Positions 58,701 through 64,000 of a DNA stretch of 64,000 nt are shown piece by piece. Every line of letters begins with the position of its first letter. The stretch's first letter is position 1. The DNA lies in assembly GCA_037443805.1 (NCBI GenBank), contig JBBINQ010000010.1, positions 172-64,171 on the forward strand. The letters run 5' to 3'. This DNA comes from a candidate division WOR-3 bacterium. Its GTDB lineage: Bacteria; Hydrothermota; Tepidihabitantia; SM23-42; JAOAFX01. The position numbers and the translations under genes are program-made. Under the pieces are notes generated by a model. It saw nothing but the letters and a program-made list of their open reading frames with translations, did not search any database and was not told the origin of the DNA.

Positions 58701-60254
58701 TGGACCAATAAAACCAATGCCACCGCCTTGCGGATTCATTATCCAGTGTTCACCAAGGCAATCTTCCTGGAATGGACCTGCATAACAGGTAATCACTACC
58801 ATCAATGGATAGATTGTATTGGTCAAAGAATCATAAGTAAAATTTGTTACTAATTCGCGCGGAGATGTTCTGATGCGCATTAGGTTTACATCACCATGAG
58901 CAAGGAAGGTTATTATATTATAACCATCATAAATTGCATTGATATAATCCTGTTTGGGTTGTTCATACAAAAAATTTTTTGTTATATTAGGAGGCAAATA
59001 ACCACCCAGGCGATTTGCCATATAATAAGAATCATATTCACTGATAAACTTGCTACAGGCAAATAATGATTTTCGGTAATGGGGCACCTGGCCCTGAGGC
59101 GGAGTATGATAATCAAAAATATATGAATAGATTTTGTTTAAATAACCTTCAACTGCTTCTGCATTATGCGCAGGAATCCTGCCTACCAGCACATCTGGAT
59201 AAAGGTCAATTGAATCAGAAACCTCTCCAAAACGGTCATCACCATCAAAATTCCAATTTTTATCAAGGTCTGAATAGTATAGGTCTGTAGTAATATGGGC
59301 AGGATAATTACCCATTACATATTGTATCCAGACCCATCTTGTCGGTATCTCTGGAACATCATTACCCAACAGAATAAAACTAACGCCCCATTTTATCACT
59401 GCATCCTTGATAAAATTTCTGATTCTTTCTGCGTCATCCACGCCATCATAATGCTGTTTAATCCAGGATACGGTCTTAATAACTGTATTAAAACCGAGTA
59501 ATTTCTTTAGTCGGGCAAACTCTTCATAAGCAGAAAAGGTCTGTTCAGTCGTAATTATAACAAGGTCAACTGGCGGTCCTAATAGAGAGGGCAAATCAGT
59601 CGGCTGTAGATCTTCTGTGTTCTCTTCAATACTGTAATGTGGTTCTATCACTGGCACCCTGTTAGTAAGAACATTGAAAAATTTATTAAATACTGCCCTG
59701 GAAAGTGCTGTTTGCCTGATTGGTTTTATACCTGATTCACAATATTCTGTTACAATATCAACATCTAATTTTTTTAAAATTTCAAGTTTTTTTAAGACTG
59801 GATTATATCTAAAAGGAGCAAAAGAAATCTGTCCAATCCTGTACCCCCTTAAATTTCCTGAATGAAAATTACAGATAATATCTTGTGGATAATATGCTGA
59901 TGTGGAATAGATAATTGAATCAGGCTCAACAAACTCAGTAACCTGTCCGATTATGGTCTTTTTCTGAATCGGGTAAAGATTAACAACATCAGGAATCTCA
60001 TCCCATTGTTCATTGATAATCTTTACTTCTTTAATCTTTTGATCTGGCGACAGAGAAAATGTATAAACATAGTGCGGTATTTCTGGTGCACCAGGATTGT
60101 CCGGGATTATCCCATTTTCAAGGAATATTCTTTGAAAACCCTGATAATTTTCAATTGAATAGTTCAGGTTTTCTACAGGAATGTTTACGACATAGGCAAT
60201 GCTAATTGCGACAAATATATTTATTAATACACAAATTTTACTTAGTGAAACCAT
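55728..60254 (-). CDS. Gingipain-like C25 cysteine peptidase (1508 aa) with FG-GAP/VCBS-type repeats and a T9SS C-terminal sorting domain
   Basis: A His...Cys dyad in C25-like spacing (FLAHGDV then, about 40 aa later, VVITCYAGPF). Repeated DxDxDGxxE[IL] motifs (GDINDDGNLEI, DIDEDGDLEI, DIDNDGKLEL). The C-terminus is nearly identical to the M28 gene CTD. Confidence 0.55.
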   Translation of the reverse strand: MVSLSKICVLINIFVAISIAYVVNIPVENLNYSIENYQGFQRIFLENGIIPDNPGAPEIPHYVYTFSLSPDQKIKEVKIINEQWDEIPDVVNLYPIQKKTIIGQVTEFVEPDSIIYSTSAYYPQDIICNFHSGNLRGYRIGQISFAPFRYNPVLKKLEILKKLDVDIVTEYCESGIKPIRQTALSRAVFNKFFNVLTNRVPVIEPHYSIEENTEDLQPTDLPSLLGPPVDLVIITTEQTFSAYEEFARLKKLLGFNTVIKTVSWIKQHYDGVDDAERIRNFIKDAVIKWGVSFILLGNDVPEIPTRWVWIQYVMGNYPAHITTDLYYSDLDKNWNFDGDDRFGEVSDSIDLYPDVLVGRIPAHNAEAVEGYLNKIYSYIFDYHTPPQGQVPHYRKSLFACSKFISEYDSYYMANRLGGYLPPNITKNFLYEQPKQDYINAIYDGYNIITFLAHGDVNLMRIRTSPRELVTNFTYDSLTNTIYPLMVVITCYAGPFQEDCLGEHWIMNPQGGGIGFIGPTSSSVAYDQEIYITHLFNALFSNPLAGALAWSKIPLIPQSQFDNWARVFQFSLNLLGDPTLNMWQTIPHIIDSIIVNKDTLHLGQDTLIINTLPQIDTFFAIFYKENELFIKDTGFAGASFTTLKIKSSGFLKYTILSKDFIPYIDSIYVKNSEPYIVYHHSSIIDSSGNNNGIANPGETIDLYLGLINNGNQGINSCRLAITSSDSFITILVDTASYGQILPGEVRENLTPFQLRIGPDIPDGYSFTLYLDIDYSSINYDTCQIVAQSPVLSLFTQQFRIEGNLYKILPFIENSGNCSADSAYAKIEAYSDTITIIDSIVYFTRVQPDEIISGTDSFALQLNDSGSVCYKFSLYYLNNKVQEKRIILNTPAPPESLWAFGMPNSIILNWTPVNGAAGYRIYRATNPSGPFKFIKNSLTPVAHFEDSNVQQNIYYYYYLVMVDSSMNQGISSDTIPAKTNPIVAQGWPRTVYGYLFSSPNFGDLDPFYPGLEITVCSKNGMAYVWHCDGTPAANNPDGIIFQTNNEIWSSPAIGDVDNNGSLEICFGIRSWDNNFYILTNDGTNNWSPVPGWPKSLNGGVLCSPALADIDEDGDLEIFVITENGTFYAFHHNGEGLYSPDGLLKNLYGWNGGSPAIGDINDDGNLEIVACGGSNSDSLFVWDRYGNYLEPFPVIIARKMSYSPALGDIYGNGNLEICFYTDSTDMLNVVDAGGNIVWQSYIPSLGDVEAYPVIANVIGNERPEVICGSNQGMQFLSVFDSLGNMVPGFPVVIGHDYKLPIVTDVDRDSVMDIICGAADWNLYAFNNSGGLLSGFPIHFGIRIEQSPAVFDIDNDGKLELMVGANDFKFWVFNLDSKVFDWPKFRYDPYNSGCYKSRYWPGIKELIARNDNNRFYFGIAPNPFRKHLVIKFQIPSTKSQTNYKFQIPNSKLRIYDATGRLVKQFNHLTNYQFNYVLWSGDDDLGRRLPAGVYFVRFEVDNFKQVEKAVLLR
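55794..56003 (-). repeat. Second copy of the CTD-encoding repeat, with a (GGRATTTG)n tract at about 55921-55980
   Basis: See 47936-48143. Both copies were aligned by eye. Confidence 0.7.
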
Positions 60255-60281
60255 ATTATTTAGTTCTGATGTACAGGGCTG

Positions 60282-60308
60282 GAGGCACTGATTTGAAATC
60301 AGTGCCTC
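60282..60308 (-). terminator. Hairpin downstream of the second S8 gene, a probable terminator
   Basis: GAGGCACTGATTT-g-AAATCAGTGCCTC, a perfect 13-bp stem. The U-tract is poor. Confidence 0.4.
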
Positions 60309-60325
60309 AAGCCTATTTTAATCTC

Positions 60326-63300
60326 CTATCTTGTCAATACGAGTTTTCTTACGAGTGGACCTTGTTCAGTCTCAAGATGGCAGAAATATACACCACTGGC
60401 ACAGGATTTATTATCATCTCCAATACCGTTCCAGATAACCGTATGTGTACCTGGTTCAACTTCACCATTGACAAATGTCTTTACCAGACGTCCTGTAATA
60501 TCATAGAGTGCTAATTTAACATTCATTCTCAATGGAACCGAATAGGTAAATTTCACATTCCTGCTGAATGGTGTAGGCATACCTGGCGAAAGTGTTATCT
60601 TTTCCATTGGTGTAAGATTTCCTGACTCATCAATGCCAACCCCAGGGACTCCCCTGAATCCAAGAATCTTTACGATTGCACGATTAGGATTCTGGGCAAT
60701 GGTGAGCCAGTAATTACCATCCCTTGGGTCATACTCAACACCACGCACATTCCAGCCCGGTAGGGTCACTGAATTGAGCACAGTGCCATCACTCCTTCTC
60801 AATTCGTAGAGCGCAATCTTGAGCAGAACTGGTGTTGCATCACTGCTGAAGTGGGTATAGACTAATAGGAGTGTCGTATCAGGTCCGTATGGCTCAATTG
60901 CCATACCACGGGGTCCATAATTATCACCAATTGTAAGATTGAATGACGAAACATTTCCACCAAGTGTATCACAACGATAAATGATAGGCGTAACACCCGC
61001 ATTGGTCCTGCGGTCTGCAGTATATAGCCAGCGCGAACTTGGCACCCAGGCAAGGCCCGTAGGATAATCATTTGCTGGATTGGCAAATTGCCTGAGTATT
61101 GTTCCGCTTGTATTGATCTTCATTATCCGTTTGCCATTAGGATAGGCTTGGGACCAATCTGCCACAAACCAGAATGTATTATCATAGGCACAATACTTAA
61201 TATCCGTGCCAAATGTATCTGGTGCAGTGATATAACCCTGATATGTGGCATTGCTATCTGATGTGTAATAGTAAATCTTTCTCTCGTAGGCATTTGTAAC
61301 ATAAAGACGGTCATTATTTGGATTATAACCACAACCATATAAGAAATGGGTATCACCTGGTGCAATATTTACAGTCTTTGGTCCCCAGATAATATGGACT
61401 TCATTGATACCGACCTCAAGGTCAAAACCAATATCCTGGGTATAACCGCCACCACCAGTTAGATGGAGTATGAATGGTATGAATGTTCCAGCCGGGGTTG
61501 ATGAAGAAATTGAAAAACTGAATGGGTCAGAACCATTATGTCCAGTCGCACCGATTGCTATATTGCCAAATGTTCCAATTGAATCAATGAGGTTGACATA
61601 TGGACTTGATTCTCTGAGCACACCAGTGCATCCACTCACTGCAACACCAGAGAGATTCTTCAAAGTATCAATCAAGGTGACTGTTTCTCCAGCATCGCAG
61701 CGACCATTGAAATTACCACCTGGCGGCGGGTCATAGATACGCTGACCAACAATATGGAGCACTGGACTCGTGGTTGGACCAAGACCACCAGATACAACCA
61801 ATGCATAGGGCTGTCTTGAACCTGATGGCACATTAGTGCCAGTAACCCGAATTGTCCAGTTACCAATCTCCGGCACATTACGACGCACATTCTCTTCTAC
61901 ATTTCTATTATCAGCAGTCCCGCCAGGTGCTGACTGACCACCACTATAAACATTGCCGAGATAGACTGTTGCAGTCGGGCTTGTTACCTGTAAATCAAGA
62001 TTATTGACCAATGTCACACTCGCACCAGCAGTAGCAGGATAATCGGTCCAGACCAGGGTAATCTTCAATGGCTCAGACTGGTTATTTACTGTAACTGTAA
62101 ATTCATCATACTGGCCTGTAGAAACACTGTCATAGGTGACCCACAATTTACGCACATCACCACTAAAGAACAAGGCATCATCCAGGCATACCCTGCCCCA
62201 GCCAGTATTATTATCAGGAATTGTTGAACCGGTGATTGATGGATGTGCACCATTAACAATCATCGCCTTTACTACAGATGCAGGAATAAAACTCCACTGA
62301 TTTGCCGCATTAGAATCACCAGTAGGATAGAACCCTTTGGCAAAGTATTGTCTTACGAGCGCGGCATCGCCTGCAGCACAGGGTGTTGCCATACTCGTTC
62401 CTGCCATTCCAAGGTAAGAATTGTTGTTCGGTCCTACTGATGAGAAAAGAAAGTATCCTGGTGCAGTGACTGTAGGTTTTATTCTATTATCCAAGGTTGG
62501 ACCTCTACTTGAAAAGTCTGCCATTGTTACTGCTGATGTGCTATTCATTGTTGCACCAAGCGTGAGGATATTCTTTGATGTACCAGGTGGATAGACCGTG
62601 TTTGAACCAGGTCCACTATTGCCTGCGGCATAAAGAATTAGAAAGTCTCTGTAATTCCACATAAACTGGTCTGTGTTCACACAATAAGATGTGTAACTAC
62701 CCGCACCACTTGTTGAACCCCAGGAATGTGAAGAGACCCTTGCTGCTCCACCAGCATTGCCATTATATGGCGGTTGATATAGATTGGCAAGGTTTGCAGG
62801 CACTGAAAGACCACCAGTAGATGTTCCAATGTCCATAAAGAACATCTTGGCATTTATGGGCATACCATCATTTGGATTTGCGCCACCAACATAGGAATCA
62901 TCTCCACAAATAGTTCCTGCAGTATGTGTGCCATGCCAGGAACCACCAGCAACATCACCAAATGCTGATGAAGAACCCGTAGGCTGAAGATAGGCAATAA
63001 TCTTCCGATGCGTGGGATAATTACCCCAGGTCGTGATGGAAACCGCCGGGTCGCGGAACATATCATGGGTAGTCAAAATTCCAGTATCAGCAGTGCTCAC
63101 AACCTGTCCCTGTCCTTTTATATTCTTGTTCCAAACCCTTCTGTTCGCCTGTTTCCAGGTCTGGGTCACCCACTGGGCAGATTGATTATATGCCACTGGA
63201 TGGAGATAAGGTTCAACATACTTTATACTGGAAATTCGCACAATTTCAGGAATATTTGATTGCTCGGTCATTATCTTTATAATCTTACCAAAATCAGTAT

Positions 63301-63799
63301 CTGAAACCTCAAGAATTTCACAACCAATATTAACGAGACGATTCTTAACCAGATAGATGTCTTCATCATCAAAGAGTATTACCAGCATCTCCTTTTCTTC
63401 TGACAACTCCTTAAACAGGGGACTAATCTTATATGCAGGCTCATAGTTCCCTACCCAGTTAACAGAAGGTAACCCTTCAATTATCGCCTTTTTATTTGCA
63501 TCCATTTTTGCAATGAAACAATTGAACGGAATGTATTGAATCAGTTTTACACCATATGATTCAATTGCCTGTTTCATCTCATCATAGACCGGTCCTTTTA
63601 AATGAATCAGATAATAGTCTGATGTGCCGGTCAACTCAGCCGGAATCTCAGGTAGTTTTTCTCGGGGATTGAAATAATAGCCGGCAATAGCGATATAGTC
63701 ATACTCCGGCAGATATGAAGGTGTAAATGTTCCACTCTGGTGTGAAACCAGATATGGATCCATACTGCCCATCAGGGCAACAATCAAAATCATTGCCAT
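60326..63799 (-). CDS. S8-family subtilisin-like serine peptidase (1157 aa) with a T9SS C-terminal sorting domain
   Basis: GSWHGTHTAGTICG carries the His and GTSMATPCAAGDAALVRQYF the Ser. Signal peptide. The C-terminus reads VKLALYDITGRLV...GVYFCHL...KLVLTR. Confidence 0.8.
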   Translation of the reverse strand: MAMILIVALMGSMDPYLVSHQSGTFTPSYLPEYDYIAIAGYYFNPREKLPEIPAELTGTSDYYLIHLKGPVYDEMKQAIESYGVKLIQYIPFNCFIAKMDANKKAIIEGLPSVNWVGNYEPAYKISPLFKELSEEKEMLVILFDDEDIYLVKNRLVNIGCEILEVSDTDFGKIIKIMTEQSNIPEIVRISSIKYVEPYLHPVAYNQSAQWVTQTWKQANRRVWNKNIKGQGQVVSTADTGILTTHDMFRDPAVSITTWGNYPTHRKIIAYLQPTGSSSAFGDVAGGSWHGTHTAGTICGDDSYVGGANPNDGMPINAKMFFMDIGTSTGGLSVPANLANLYQPPYNGNAGGAARVSSHSWGSTSGAGSYTSYCVNTDQFMWNYRDFLILYAAGNSGPGSNTVYPPGTSKNILTLGATMNSTSAVTMADFSSRGPTLDNRIKPTVTAPGYFLFSSVGPNNNSYLGMAGTSMATPCAAGDAALVRQYFAKGFYPTGDSNAANQWSFIPASVVKAMIVNGAHPSITGSTIPDNNTGWGRVCLDDALFFSGDVRKLWVTYDSVSTGQYDEFTVTVNNQSEPLKITLVWTDYPATAGASVTLVNNLDLQVTSPTATVYLGNVYSGGQSAPGGTADNRNVEENVRRNVPEIGNWTIRVTGTNVPSGSRQPYALVVSGGLGPTTSPVLHIVGQRIYDPPPGGNFNGRCDAGETVTLIDTLKNLSGVAVSGCTGVLRESSPYVNLIDSIGTFGNIAIGATGHNGSDPFSFSISSSTPAGTFIPFILHLTGGGGYTQDIGFDLEVGINEVHIIWGPKTVNIAPGDTHFLYGCGYNPNNDRLYVTNAYERKIYYYTSDSNATYQGYITAPDTFGTDIKYCAYDNTFWFVADWSQAYPNGKRIMKINTSGTILRQFANPANDYPTGLAWVPSSRWLYTADRRTNAGVTPIIYRCDTLGGNVSSFNLTIGDNYGPRGMAIEPYGPDTTLLLVYTHFSSDATPVLLKIALYELRRSDGTVLNSVTLPGWNVRGVEYDPRDGNYWLTIAQNPNRAIVKILGFRGVPGVGIDESGNLTPMEKITLSPGMPTPFSRNVKFTYSVPLRMNVKLALYDITGRLVKTFVNGEVEPGTHTVIWNGIGDDNKSCASGVYFCHLETEQGPLVRKLVLTR

Positions 63800-64000
63800 T
63801 TTACCTCCTCTTTCTTTGTTTTATATAATATATATTATTCCACCATTTTTTTATCTTTTTCGTCGCACCTCCTTTCTTTGGTTAATCTTTCATTAATAAT
63901 TTATCTCTTCTATTTCTATTATTAAGCATTGCAATTTCAAACATTCCAATATTAATATAACCATTTTAAAATCTCCGTCAATAATCTTATTTTAGACTTA

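Overview
This is an AT-rich, gene-dense chromosomal segment from an uncultivated Gram-negative bacterium that has a type IX secretion system. At least five proteins end in Por/T9SS C-terminal sorting domains, which points to an FCB-superphylum-like lineage. TGA is an ordinary stop codon here, so genetic code 11 applies.

Most of the window is housekeeping. It holds the 3' part of a type III restriction Res helicase-nuclease, tgt, a pilMNOPQ type IV pilus operon, rsmD and coaD. On the minus strand there is a block of acyl-CoA synthetase, PTS EIIA, hprK, hpf and a thiE-like gene. Further on come a cold-shock gene, a dTDP-sugar block (rfbA-like, rfbC, rfbB), cmk, miaA, a CDF transporter, addB-addA, comFC, a UbiA prenyltransferase, uppP, a thymidine phosphorylase, an HD-GYP sensor, lemA-htpX, manC-like, a SPOR protein and rdgB.

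Four things stand out.

1. A complete selenocysteine-decoding module (selA, selB, and a convergent tRNA-Sec with a UCA anticodon) sits just downstream of a candidate new secreted selenoprotein gene. That gene runs signal peptide, in-frame UGA inside a U-G-S-C redox motif, an 8-bp hairpin 14 nt after the UGA, and a T9SS sorting tail. The ORF track truncated it to an internal Met.

2. The roughly 270-nt leader of the cold-shock gene carries an 18-codon Lys-rich mini-ORF that ends 11 nt before a strong intrinsic terminator hairpin. This is a leader-peptide attenuator layout.

3. About 16 kb of the window holds four consecutive giant T9SS-targeted peptidases (M28, S8, gingipain-like C25, S8). Two of them, otherwise unrelated, share a C-terminal sorting-domain module at about 85% nucleotide identity, and that module contains a (GGRATTTG)n tandem repeat.

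4. Many genes are preceded by near-consensus sigma70 promoters with 16-bp spacers, and several of these sit where they would give leaderless or very short-leader mRNAs.

Two further anomalies: tgt is interrupted by a frameshift in an A9 run, and a small tRNA-Sec-adjacent accessory region carries a DUF2283-type small-protein pair.
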